Shown: piece after piece, positions 1-12,731 of the stretch | Numbering within the stretch: position 1 is the first letter of the stretch | How the letters are laid out: the number at the start of each line of letters is the position of its first letter | NCBI RefSeq assembly: GCF_036321535.1 | Contig: NC_087437.1 | Location: forward strand, 45,076,001-45,140,000 | Length of the DNA stretch: 64,000 nt | Direction: 5' to 3' | DNA from: Camelus dromedarius | Taxonomy: Eukaryota | Program-made: the position numbers and the translations under genes | The notes under the pieces: generated by a model | The model's input: the letters and a program-made list of their open reading frames with translations, nothing else | What the model was told of the DNA's origin: nothing | Databases searched by the model: none

Positions 1-322
1 TGAAGGATAACCTCATTCCATTCATTAAGCTCATTAAAACTATGATTTTCAACATTTGAAAGTAAATAGTGTTTGGAAAAATCTTTGAAGAGTAAGTTAT
101 TTATTTTAGTCTTTTGCATTTTACCATATACATCTATGATGTATTTTTGGTCTAATGAGAAAATAAGTTACTTCAGAGGGTTACATTACAGTTATTGAGG
201 AATGTACTACTGTCACTCATTTGTATGACATTTTGCATCTAGAGAAGAACACTTGTTTTATCTGGAGAGAAAGCTGAGGCATAAATCATCTCTATATTAT
301 TGATGATGAAGCTGAGGATTTT

Positions 323-1725
323 CATTCACACACTGACTAAATATTTATTGGGCACCCACTAGGGTGCCATTCACCATGGCAGAGATACAACAGGGGATAT
401 GTATACAATCCTCATTCCTCTGATACTCTATTGCAGGTAGAGGGAGGACTTTCAATGAACATAAATAATAAATCATATATTATGTTGCAGCATATTTATT
501 GAAATATATGTTATATTAAGGACCCAAAAGTGCAGTGTTAGGAGGGTTTCAAATTTAAACAGAATTGTCACATCCCTGATAAGTACTAGAGGAAAGTGAG
601 GAAATGAATCATGAAAATACATGGTGGGGGAATCATTTTAAACATAATAAACACTCAATCTTAAGACCTGGGTCTGATACACCCAAGGAACAGCAAGAAG
701 GCCAGCGAGAGCAAAGAGGAGGCCAGGAGTAGATGGAGGCAGAGACAATGAGGTCAGGATATGTAGGGGGTTTATGCCATTGGACAATGTAGTCTTTTTC
801 TGAATGAAATCCAAAGATATTGGAAAGTTCAAACAAAAGTGATATGGTTAAATTCTGATTTAAAGGAAATTACCTTTGTGCTGTGTAGAAATAGATGGTA
901 GGTGTGAAAGTTAGGATCAGGGAAATCAAGAAGCTCTTAGCATAATGCTGGTTGGTGATTTCTACCAGGATAGAGAAATGTAGGTGCTAAGAAGTGGTAA
1001 AGCCAATGTGGTTGACTGACTACTGGGTTGGATTGGGGTGTGAGAGAAAGAGATTCAAAGATGACTTCAGGCTTTTTGACCTCTAACTGGAAAGATCAAT
1101 CTGATATTACCTGGAATCAGGATGGTAATAAAGTGAGCTTGGAGGGGTAAGGTAATGGACATGCCGGCTTTCAGAAATCTATGTGATATCCAAAATGCTG
1201 AGTACGTAGTCAGAGATACATGGGACTCAAATTCAGGGGAGAGACCCAGGCCAGAGATATACATTTGGAATCACTAGCATATGAGTGACATATAAATGTA
1301 TGCAACTGAGTGGGAAAACCTGTGAAGTGACACAAATAGGGAAACTAAGAGGGCCAGGGACTGAGTACAGGGTACTCCAAAGTTTGGCCTTAGGAGTGGC
1401 AGGAAGAGAACCATAATTTTGTAGTTTTAGGAAGCCAACTGAAAAAAGGGGAAAAGTGTTCTTAGGAGGAAGGCAGATCAACTGTTAACAGGTCAAGTAT
1501 TATGACAGCCATTAACTGAGTACTGGATTTAGCAATGTAGAAGTCATTGCTGTCATGATAAGGACAAGTTTAATGGACCACTAGGGGCAAAATCAACAGT
1601 GAAGTGGATTCAATGGACAAAGGACAGAGAGGAAAGGAAGAGGGAAAAAACTGACAATTCTTTCAAGTTATTTAGTTGTCAAGAGGAGCAGAGAAATGGA
1701 GGAGTGATTGTGTCAAAATGATTTT
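323..1725 (-). mobile_element. LINE-2 (L2a-like) remnant
   Basis: Begins with the reverse complement of an L2 3' tail (cattcacacactgactaaatatttattgggcacccactagggtgcc). Continues with purine-rich L2 antisense body motifs (e.g. gagatatacatttggaatcactagcatatgag ~1254). Confidence 0.8.
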
Positions 1726-1744
1726 TTTAAGGTAACCAAATTAG

Positions 1745-1970
1745 CAACATCTTGTGTCCTCATATGTCCTTTCCTCGGTGTGTGCAGAGAGAGAAAGATC
1801 TCTGGTGTGTCTTTCTTTTTATAAGGAAACCACCTCTACTGGATCAAGGCTTCACCCTTAGAACTCATGGAATCGTAATAACTTCCTTAACGACTATCTC
1901 CAATTACAGTGACATTGAGGGTTAAAGCCTCACATTTGAATTTTGGGGAGCTGTCATTCAGTCCATAACA
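1745..1970 (-). mobile_element. MaLR LTR (MLT1A-like), partial
   Basis: Ends ttcagtccataaca, the reverse complement of the MLT1A/B start TGTTATGGACTGAA. Contains typical tttataagga...tcaccctta...ctatctccaattacagtgacattgagg motifs. Confidence 0.8.
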
Positions 1971-2329
1971 TCTTATTAGTAATTAATATGTTGAGGAATC
2001 ATGGAAGTATACATTCAAAGTATAATAAGCATAATTATTATTAATTGATTTGAATTATTAGACTATTAGATACTATATAATTTTACTTTAAAATATCTAA
2101 TTGGTTAAAACTATTAAATTTCCCTGGTATATTGTCCTTAGATTATATTCTTTATGTTAAGAAATTGTATTAAGTACGTTTATTTTGGGTAAGGAATGTA
2201 TGATCTCAAAGTGTTTATCAATCACTGTAAATAATTTTACCTATTTCATGTTTAACAAGATATGATAATTGGGCTTGTCTTTACATTTTTTGAGGGAAAT
2301 GCAGAATAATATACTAATTAAGGTAGCTC

Positions 2330-2460
2330 TTGTATAACTTTGAGCAGTGTCTTCAGCTATAAGATGGCAATAGTATATACCTTGCAGGCAAATTGTCAGG
2401 ACACTATCAGCCAGTTATATGTGTAAAGTCTGTAGCCCTATGTGAGTTCATCACAAAGGT
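2330..2460 (+). mobile_element. MIR fragment
   Basis: Degenerate MIR core (tgtataactttgagcag...ctataagatggcaatagtatatacc...tatgtgtaaagt). Confidence 0.45.
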
Positions 2461-2959
2461 ATATACAGAATAAAAATGAAAGTTAGCTTGATTATATGAT
2501 CACAAATCCCACTGCTTTACTTAACCACATGAATCAATTTGTAAACATTGATTTAGAAATAACAAGAAAATTTTCTTTAAATATGAAAAATGGTTAGAAT
2601 TCCTAAGTCTCATGAGGTTTATCTATAATGTTCTCCATTTAGGGAAGCAAAATGTGATTTCAAGGAGAGATTATGTAACATTTTAGAAATGCATGGCCTC
2701 TATCTTTCTGAAGATGATACTCAGTACCCTACACTAAGATATGGGAAATTAGTGGCACAAGGAAACTCTTTTTCACTTCAGCTGCTATTGGAAACTTCTA
2801 AAGGAGTTTGAATGGAATGTGAATGTGATTGGCATGTGGACTTTAATGCAGGTGTCTTCAGCTTTGCGGTTTCATGATATTGCCTAAATAGTTACAAATA
2901 TTTTTAACAGCTATCGCTGATTGTGAAATGAAGTCTTTCATTTAGAAAATTTTAGCAGA

Positions 2960-3655
2960 GGAATGATGTCAGCACAGTAGTGGCATAGGAATGTCTAGCT
3001 CTGGTCCCCTCTGAGAAACATCAATTTGAATACTATCTACACCGGAAAATACCTATACAAGATCCAAGGATTCCAGGTGAGGAATTATAGCACCTGGGTG
3101 AAGCATAAAATAAGAAAAGATGCATTGAGGAGAATAAGAAAGATAGCCACACTACCCTGATCAACCTTTCCCCAAGCCCAGGTCACATCCTCCTCGCGGG
3201 AGAGGGATGAAGTGAGTGCCGACTTCATCATGGACCTCAGAGCTGGCATGCCCCAGCACCATGCCAACTCCTGTGGCCCTAGGTGGCTCCCTCCTCCTGT
3301 GAACACAGAGAGAGTCTCAACACATCCCAGCACTGGACAACTCCTATGGCCCTGGGTGGCTTTTGTGGCCAAGCCTTCTCATCAGCCCACACGAACACAG
3401 GTTCCAGGTAGGCACCTATAAACCCAGTCTCCTGGCCAAGCCCAGTGCCAAGTCAGCTACTACAGCCCCTGAGCCCTGATCCACCCCACCACCAGGCTGA
3501 CCCCTACAGATTTAACCTCCAGGCCGCCCACAGCTCCAGGCTTGCCCCAGTTCTAGGTCAACCCTGTGGCCCCAGCCTCCAGGTTGCCTTCCTTGAAACC
3601 AGGCTCCTAGCCTGTCCCAGCCCTGCAGACCCAGATGCTGGGGATAATACCCGAA
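2960..3655 (+). mobile_element. Old L1 5' UTR fragment
   Basis: Decayed L1 5'-end start (gatgtcagcacagtagtggcataggaa). It is followed by C-rich ccagg/ctccagg/gcccc repeats (3380-3640) like those of L1MA/L1M 5' UTRs. Confidence 0.6.
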
Positions 3656-4412
3656 TAGCTATTTCACAAAATAGTATATAAGATGGTTAATCAGCACATA
3701 AAAAGATGCCCAACGTCATTAGCCATTAAGGAGATGCATATTAAAACCACACCCTGTAAAATGGCTATAATAAAAAAGACAAGGGATAACCTGTCTTATC
3801 AAAGACGTGGAGACACCAGAACCCTCATACATTGCTCACTGGAACGTTAAACGTTCCAGCCACTTTGGAAAATAGCTTGAAAGTTTTTAAAAATGTTAAA
3901 CACATATTAACACATGACCCAGCAAAACCATCCCTAGATTTCTAAGAAATGAGACTATATGTCCATACAGAGACTTGTACACAAGGGTTTGAAAAGAGCA
4001 TTTTAAATAATGGGAAAACAGTGAAAACTATACCTGTTTATCAACGGTGAATGGGATGGACAAAATGTAATCAATCTACACAATGGAATATACTTCATCA
4101 ATAAAAAGGACAGGCTACTGAAACATAATACAACATGAATTAACTTCAAAATGAAGGGAAAGAAGCCAGACACAAAATAATATATGTAATTCCATTTGTA
4201 TGCAATAAATGCTCATATAAGAAATAGCCAAATCTATAGTGTCAGAAAGTAAGTTAGTGACTGGTACTGGGAGCAGAAGAAAGAGTAACTGCAAACTGGC
4301 ATAAAGTTTCCTCTTGGAGTAAAAGAAATGCTCTAATTAAATTGTGCTTATGGTTGTACTATTGCAGATTTACTAAAAATCATTGAATTGCACACTCAAA
4401 ATGAGTTGACCA
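3656..4412 (+). mobile_element. Old L1 (L1MB/L1ME-type) ORF2 end and 3' UTR
   Basis: aaaagatgcccaacgtcattagccattaaggagatgcatattaaaaccac (ORF2 C-terminal region) through the 3' UTR motif tactaaaaatcattgaattgcacactcaaaatg. Confidence 0.8.
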
Positions 4413-4462
4413 TAACAAATCATGGTAACAAATCATAATAACAAATAAGAAATCATGTTCCA

Positions 4463-4830
4463 TATGGTAGATTGAATAATAACCCTCAAAGATATCCAGA
4501 TTCTGATCCCTGGAAACTGAGTTGTTACCATATATGGCAAGTGAGACTTTGCAAATGTGCTTAAGTTAACTGTCTTGAACTGGGGAGACTCACCCTGGAT
4601 TATTCAGGGGGTCTTTAAATGTAAACCCAAGTGTCTTTACAAGATGGATACAGAGAAAACTTTGATGACAGAAGTAGAGAAAGCAATGTGACAATGAGAG
4701 CAGAGATTGGAGTAATTCAGCCACAAACCAAGGAGTGCTGGCAGCCACCAGAAGTCTGAAGAGGCAGGAGATAGATTCTCTCCTGGAGCCTCTGGAAGAA
4801 GCCAGCCCTAAAGAAACCTCGACTTTGTTG
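4463..4830 (+). mobile_element. MaLR LTR (MLT1D-like), 3' truncated
   Basis: tatggtagattgaataataaccctcaaagatatcc...atccctggaa...ccctggattattcagggggtc...gattctctcctggagcctctggaagaagccagccct. Confidence 0.8.
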
Positions 4831-4834
4831 TGTT

Positions 4835-6295
4835 TTGGGTAGAGGAAAAGATACATAAATCACTAGAACCAAACAGAGAACCCAGAAACAGACTCATACA
4901 AACATTCCAATTGATATTTGACAAAGCTAACTAAGTAATTCAATGAAGGAAAGATCACCTTTTCAACAAATGGTACTAAAGCAACTGGACATCCACAGGG
5001 GGAAGAAACCATCCTTAACTTAGTTTTCAAACCCTATGCAAAAAGGCTGTGGACTTAAACATATAACATAGAACTATAAAACTTTTTAGGAAAAAGAAAG
5101 AAATATCTTTAAAACTTAGGGCTAGGCAAAGAGTTCTTGGACTTGGCATCAAAAGCGTGATTCACAAATGGAAATATTGATAAATTGCTCCTCATCAAAA
5201 TTGTAAATTTTTTCTCGGGAAAAGACCCTGTTAATAGGATGAGAAGGTAAGCTTTAGAATGGAAGAAAATATTGTCAAACCACAAACCTGACTAGGACTA
5301 GTAAAGTATCTCAAATATACAAAGAACTCTCAAAACTCAACAGTAAAAAATAAAGCAAAAGATATACAAAATAAGCTACAAGACATCAAGAAATATTGTA
5401 CCAAAGGTAGTATACAAAGCACAAATAAGCACATTAAAACATAGGCAACATCATTAGCCACTAGGGAAATGCAAATTAAAACCACAATTAGATATTACTG
5501 TATATCTATTAGAAAAACTAAAAAGAATATTGGCAAAACACATACCACTAACAAGGATGCAGATAAACAAGATCAATTATTCACTGTTGTAGGAATATAA
5601 AACGGTATAGCCACTCTGGAAAACAATTTGGCAATTTCCTTAAAAAACTAAACATGCAACTGCATATAACTCAGTAAACTCACTCCTGGGTATTCACGTC
5701 AGAGAAATGAATATTTACCTTCCCAACAAACAAACACACAAAACTCGTAGAGGAATATTTACAGGAATTTTACTTTTAATATCCCCAAACTAGAAACAAC
5801 TTAGATGTCTTTCAATGGGTTAATGGTTTAAAAAATAAGAGTGTGGTACAACCATACCACGGAATGCCAGTCAGCAATAAAAATAAAGGAACCATGATGC
5901 ACAACAACCTAAATGAATATTCAGAGAACTGTACTGTATGAAAAAAGCCAAACTCAAAAGGTTGCATAGTATATGATCCCATTTATATAACATTTTTAAA
6001 GTGACAAAATAATAAAAGTGGAGAAAAGATTGTTGCCAGTAGTTAAGGAGGGGGTTGAGGGAGGGAAAATGAGGGTGTGGCTACTTACGGGCAACATTAG
6101 GGATCCTTGTGGTAGATGGAAATATTCTGTATCTTGACTGGATCTGTGCCAAAATCCTAATGGTGTTATTATTCTAGACTTTTTCAAGGTGTTACCATAG
6201 GGGGAAACTGTGCAGGTACATGGACTATCTATTCTTACAATTTCATAGATATATGTACAATTATCTCAAAATAAAAATGTTTAGTCAAAAAGTTA
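4835..6295 (+). mobile_element. Old L1 (L1MD/L1MC-type) 3' ORF2 and 3' UTR
   Basis: ORF2 motifs (gagaacccagaaacagactc, aatgcaaattaaaaccacaa). 3' UTR motif agggatccttgtggtagatggaaatattctgtatcttgactg; ends aattatctcaaaataaaaa. Confidence 0.85.
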
Positions 6296-6299
6296 ATTA

Positions 6300-7610
6300 A
6301 AGGAAGAGGATAAAGAAACCAGTCAGAAAGTAAGAGAAGCTATTTGAAATTTATGTATCTAACAGTTTCAGCCAAGGATATACAACCAACTGCCACACTT
6401 CAGTGAGGAAAGATTGGCAATTCAATACAAAAATACGCAACAAACTTGAACATGTACTTCACAACTAGAATATCCATATGGTTAATAAAAATTTGCAAGT
6501 TTTCAGCTTCATTGCTAAGAAGGGAAATATAAATGAAGTTCAAATTTTTATACTTCCACATACCACTACAATGGCTAAAATTAAGATTGACAACGCCAAA
6601 TATTGCTCAGGATAAGGAGTTAAAGGATCTCATACGCTGCTAGTGAGGGTGGAAAGAACTATTTTGTAAAGCTATTTGACATAATCAGCTTTAGCTGAGC
6701 ATTTGCACCCAGAAAGTTCATTTCTAATTAGTAATCCAAAAGAGTGAATGCACATGTGTACCAAAATACATGTAAAACATTATTTATATCATTTTTGTAA
6801 TCATTCTAAACTAGAAAACACCCAAATGTCTATCCATGATAGAATAAATAATACACTGGGACATATTCCAACAGTAAAACCCTATGTATTTCAATGATAA
6901 TGACAAGCCATGATAACATAAAACAGCATGGATTAATCTTATTAACACAATACCGAGGGAAAGATCGTGAAGACAGACATACTGTATTCTTTTTATATAA
7001 AGGTCAAAGGCAGGTAAAAACTAAGCTGCGACACTGAAGCCAAGTTATTAATTACCTTTGGTGTTTGGAGTGGAGATTTGGAGCGGCACGAAGGAGACTT
7101 CGGACTGGCTGGTAGCGCGGTTCACAGTTTGTTCTCCGCTCCTGGCGCCGTCTTGTTGGGCGCTCTGCAGGCCTGCGAGCCTTGAAGTTGCCCAGAGTCA
7201 ACACCGAGGAAAGAGCACAGAAACAGTGACAAAGCCATCACTGGTTTGTGGGTGTGGGGGGCTCTCACACCGAGGGGCCTGGAGTGACACACTCACCAAG
7301 CGCAGCCAAGTGGAAGACAAGGCGGCAATCTCTGCTACTCAGGGGAGGAGATTGTATTTATAGGGGGAACTGACGTCAGGTTGGCTCGTCGGTTTCCAGG
7401 GAAACCAGCAGCTGGGGCAGGGGGCAAGCACGCTGGCAGTTAGTGATTAAGCCCTATAATTAACAGGATTGGATAGTCATGTGAGTGCAGCAGGGCCTGG
7501 TAGAGCAGGAGATATGGAGAGAGCAAGCGGAGGGCCATCTTGAATGGCCTGACCACACACATATATTTGTGCATTTTCTTACATGTATATTACACGTCAG
7601 TGAAAGTCTG
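6300..7610 (+). mobile_element. Very old L1 (L1ME-type) 3' part, interrupted by the LTR at ~7190-7557
   Basis: Degenerate ORF2 C-terminal motifs (aactagaaaacacccaaatgtctatcc). The 3' UTR resumes after the LTR as atttgtgcattttcttacatgtatattacacgtcagtgaaaagt. Confidence 0.65.
7188..7557 (-). mobile_element. Solo ERV LTR with promoter motifs (family unassigned)
   Basis: On the minus strand it starts TGTGGTCAGGCCATTCAAGATGGCC. It then has CCAAT (7468-7472), TGACGTCA (7371-7378) and TATAAATA (7355-7362). It is a GC-rich insert inside an L1 3' UTR; the left boundary is uncertain. Confidence 0.7.
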
Positions 7611-7699
7611 ACGAAGTATAACTCAATCATTATCTGGACAAAAAAGATACAACTTTCTCAAGAAAAAAAATTGACCGCTATATAGGCTTTATTTTCTGG

Positions 7700-8880
7700 T
7701 GATAGTCAAGTACAATGAAATACAATTTTTGAGTCACTGAGAATTAAAAAAGCATTCATCACATATAATCTGGATCAAAATAGAAATTTTAAAAGATTAT
7801 AATCCTTTTGAAAGCAATAAAAATTGCCGTATGTCATACCATCACTGTGGGTCACAGCAAAATCTGTACTCATAGGAAAAATGTATCATGTAAGCGTTTT
7901 CATTAGTAACTAGTGTGACTAAAAATAAAAGAATTATTCCACTTAATTTTTTTAATGAACCAAAAAGAAAAGGAAGAAAAAGTTAAATAAACACATAGCT
8001 GAAGTTAATAATGTAGGAAGGAACAAACCATACCAAACCAAATTTTGGTTAACAGAGTTTTTTTAAAAGATAAAGAAAATGGATAAATTGCAAATGATCT
8101 CAAGGAAAAAGACAGAGGAGAGAAACAATACAGAGTAGGTATACAAATGGAGATATGCCATAAACTACAGGGGAAATACTAGGCTTAACACTATAGACAC
8201 AAATTTGAAAACTTAAAACAGCTGGTTTTCTAGCTAAAGTTAAATTACTAAAATAAAAAAGAAGATGTAAAAAACTTGAAAACACTTTAAAGAATGAGGC
8301 GATGATTAAAGGAGGCATGGGCGCCTGACAGTTTCACAGCTGAATTCTATCTCATATTTAATGGAGTTGTAGACTTTCAAATACTATTTAAACCAAATTT
8401 AACAGTAGAAAAATGGAACTCAAATTAATTTTAATTTTATGAGGCTAGAAAAGAGTATCACAAAATTATCTCACATATATATATAGAAATGTAATTTTTA
8501 AGCATGATTTTTGCAAATAGAAACCCCCAACCGCTAACATAAAAATAACAGAATACTGCAATGTGGATTAATTAATATTAAAATATATATATATTCCTTT
8601 TGTGCTAGTAATAACCTCTAGAAATGGAATTAGGGAAAGAAGGTATTTTAATCAAAAGGGTGAGATAGTAATTAGTAATACATTAAAGTTACAAGGTAAG
8701 CCCACAAATTAAACACATTATCAACAGCAACATTCACAATAAAGAAATCTACAAATACTTGAAAGACACAGGGAAATAAATAATACCAGGCATCCAAAAA
8801 GAGTTTTTGCGTGCAGATGAACAATAAACTCAGTACAGACTATCATGGCACATGCCATAAAAAGGGGTAATACTTAGAGT
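7700..8880 (+). mobile_element. Highly decayed L1 ORF2 remnant
   Basis: ctgtgggtcacagcaaaatctgtactcataggaaaa and cctgacagtttcacagctgaattctatc correspond to conserved L1 ORF2 motifs (linker and GPDGFTAEFY region). Confidence 0.6.
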
Positions 8881-11800
8881 TAATGTATTTCTTGGTTTTG
8901 GTGTAAGAAAACAATATGTCTGTTCTGGCATTGAATTTAGTTGGGAACTTATGGAATAAGTCCATGTTTTAGAATTACTGAAGAACATAAGATATAGAAA
9001 AGATAGAAGTTTCAAAATGGTAGATTACACATCTATTTGAAACTCTGATGTTTAAGTTTGTTTCTTCTTTCTGGTCACATCAGAGCCCATGTGGTATAGC
9101 TTAACATTCAAATGACCGTATAAAAGTTTTGTTTTGTTTTTTTAATTAAGAACATATTCCTTTAAACCATCAAAAAATTCAAAGTGGCTTCAACTGTTCA
9201 AAACTTAAAAATAATTTTGGATCTGATATTTATAGTTATATACCAAATGTTTTAGAAATGGAAATTCTATTGATGTGGAAGAAATCTAATTAAACATGAG
9301 ACTGCTTCTTAATGTAGGTTCATAAATTCCTAAATTGTTACTTAATCTTGGTCTGTGGTATTTTTTTCTATTCTTAAAAATCAGATGGCTTTAGATGATT
9401 TTTAAGGTTCTTTCCTTTTTATCCTGTAATTTATTAACTTTTTTTACTTCTATTTTTTTAAAATATCCAATATTATAGTTTATTATCTGAATTCTTATAC
9501 TGGATCACTAAAATGTGCACCCTAAATGCTTTACTAATAATGTAACTTCAGACCCATTTTCTATTTGACGAAATAAAACAAAACCTTTTCAAAGCTTGAT
9601 TTTCTTACTCGGTAACAGACTTCAAACTTGCCTTTCTTTTTCCCTGGCAGTTACTGACCTTTCTTGCAAGAGATTATTAGCTAAAGGTCATTGCCTTTTT
9701 ATTTTGTTACCTTAAAGCTAAAGAATTTATTATCTCATCCTTAATACTATGGCAGATCATTTTCTTCATGGGCTGTGTAGTACATAAATAACACAAGATT
9801 TAAAGTCTTAGAATTCCTTTCTCAGCAGATAGCAAAGTACTTTAAAAAAATCCCTTTCTGGCTTGAGGTAATGGTCTACTTTTATGCTGAATACACTCAA
9901 GGCTTTGTGAATTGCTTATGTACAGGAGACAAACCACTCACGTTGGGCAGACCTGAGGTTAGACCTGCCACAGATTGAATCCACCCTCCATAAAATTCAC
10001 CAGGAAAGAGAATTGATGGAAATGCAATTTTAGTTTTTAAGATTATAATTTGGATGAATTTACAGTCTTCTATTTCCAGTACTGTTTTCTGGCATGATTA
10101 CTAGAACAGGAAAGTAAGATACGGAAAAACGGAAATGGAACTATGCAGTAAGAACGGAAAAAGAAACGGTGTAACTGTGATGCTCAGAAGTATTTTTGCA
10201 ATGGGAAACAGAACAGCCAAATTTACTTTCCTTAGTAGAGTTTAAATAAAATAGGAGACAGGAAGGTCCTGACTGACAGAAACGTAACACATTTTCAAAT
10301 GTTACAAGTTCTATTACCACCCAGAGGAGGAGAAATAAAAGTCAATATTGCACTTTGCCAAAATGCATGTACTGGAATACTGCCAAATAATTATGTGGCA
10401 AATTTTGACCTGCTTCAAGATGCTTATCAACAGAGGGTTCAAAAGATCAGCAGTTCTGCCTCTAGAAATTCAGAGGCCTAATTAAACTTATTTATATATT
10501 CTAAAAATCACTTTTATTTTTAAAGCACTGTTAAAAACTGGCTTACACATTTGATTTCTAAGCCTTCCTAATTGTGACAGATGTTAAATTGCTTATAACC
10601 CAGAAAAAAAAAAACATAAAAATCTTCAATTGACCTGGATCAGTTTCTGCATTAAATGTCTGAATGTCAAAATATTTCCATTATTTTAGTGTATTAGTTG
10701 TTATTGGATAATATAAGAGGAGCAAAATTTCAGTATAAAATAGTATAAATTAAATTTCCTATATATACAGTATAGTGATTATAGGTATTCAAACACAAAT
10801 AAACATTTTTAATAAAAAATGTTAAGAAATTTATTTTTGGCCTCACTTATCTTTATTTCATATCTTACTATGCATCCAACTAACAACACAATAAAGAGAA
10901 GTGCTTACATACATTCCCAAAATCGTCAAGAGATACTAATAACAAACAAACAAAAAAGACTTTCTGGTGAATTATGATTGAAACAAAATAATTCAGCCAA
11001 CAAAATACACTGTGTTATGTCATATTTTTACCCTTTGGTCCTTTTCTAAAGTTTTTTAGAGGACAGGGAAAATGGAGTCACCAAAATTCCAAGTGAAGTA
11101 AGGAATAATTCGAGTTCTTAATCCAGTCCAACTACTTTTAACATTCTCATTTAAAAATAAAAGAAAGTAAAACCATTATAATTTCTCTCTCCATACCTAT
11201 TAGTACCTGCAATAAAAAATTTAAGTAGTTCTACATTTTCTATTACAAAGTGTCAGATATGGTATTTTGAATAATTTAGTACAAAAATTAAATTGATATT
11301 ATGGGGACAATTGATAATTATTGAAAACATTTTAACATAACAAAACATATAGCAAATAATTATTTAGCACTTAGTGTGGGAAGATGGGGCCTGGCAGATA
11401 AGTAAGACAGATGTTGGGTTAAAGAAACAGTCCAATGGTGACAAAGAAATATTTGTAACATAAGTCATAATTAAATAGTAGATCAAGAAAGATACAAATA
11501 ATGTCTCAAAAAGGATTTCTGAGCAACACATAATTTGATGGACATGGGCAGGGATATATATATAAATGTTTAAATAGTTCTGTGAATACTGATTTGCTGT
11601 TATTTTTGAAATGTGGGTGAAGGTGTAGTATGCTATGGGACACAAATGATGTACCCAAATGATACATCATGATAGCTCCACTGGGCCCATTAAAACTTGC
11701 TGTGTCAATCTTTGTTTCACATAAACGGACAAATTAGGACATAACCCTTCTACTCTAAAGGAAATACACACTGAGAATTGTTTAAGAAAAAAGAAAGAAA

Positions 11801-12216
11801 GAAAAACATGATCTTTCATGTAAATATGCTCTTACACATTTTGAAGAAACAGATCATTGACTTGGTGCTAAAGCTTTTCCAGCCTATCATGCAAATACAT
11901 ATTTAACGACTTTGTAAATTTCAGGTCAATGGTCTAATAGACCAAAAAGTCTTGGAGCTGTTACAGTGTATCATGTAAATGTGTATTTAGGGAATTTAAA
12001 AATTGCAGATTATTGGCTTGATTATTGATGCGAACTAGCTATTACAGTTTGTCAGGTAATTAAATATCCTATCATAAGAAGTACATTTATAGGATGCACT
12101 CATAATTTATGAACAGATAATTAAATGCAATATTACTTTCAAAACCATTTGGTTAATTTTGATATTCTTTTTTGGTACCTTTTCTTCTCTTCTTCCCCAT
12201 TACACGTTTCTTTGTG

Positions 12217-12731
12217 TGCAGGGCAGGGAGTTTTTCCCAGACCCTTTCAGTGTCCCTGGCTGAGTCTAAAAACTAAACTGACAAAGACAAATTAACAGGA
12301 GAAAAGCACACAAATTTATTTAACTTAAGTTTTATGTGACATGGGAGACTTCCTAAGGAAATAAGACCCAAAGAAACAGACCTGTGTATTTTTATGCTAG
12401 GTTTAATGAAGAGTGGGCAGTCGTGAAAATACAGCAAGTTAAGGAGGATAGGGTAAGCGTGGTAGACTGGGGGTAGCTTAGGGCTGTTTGTTAGGATCCT
12501 TCCCGGTGTCGCTTTGTCTTTAGAGATAAGGATGCTCTTTTCCTCTCGGTGTAATATAAGGAGGGCACATCTCACAGGAGGATTTTATGACCTCCTTCAG
12601 CGGTAAAGGGTTGGATGAGGAAAAGGTCTAAATGACCTTCCTGCTTCTGCCCTTCTCTCAAACTCCTTCAACTTACACTCAATATGGGAAGTTGCCGTGG
12701 TTGGGGGTAGCATGCCTTGAACCCCATAATA
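12217..12731 (-). mobile_element. Solo ERV1 LTR, MER34/MER39-like
   Basis: Reverse complement begins ggggttcaaggcatgctaccccc. AATAAA lies on the minus strand at ~12315 (tttatt). Possible 4-bp TSD TGTG at 12213-12216 and 12732-12735. Confidence 0.75.

Noticed and set aside
3085..3681. Pro-rich ORFs
   Set aside because: By-product of C-rich repeats in an L1 5' UTR remnant.
4411..4456. Three copies of taacaaat(ca)
   Set aside because: Short slippage repeat between transposon fragments with no sign of function.
7058..7363. 101-aa plus-strand ORF
   Set aside because: It has a non-ATG start, spans the L1/LTR junction and runs antisense to the LTR promoter.
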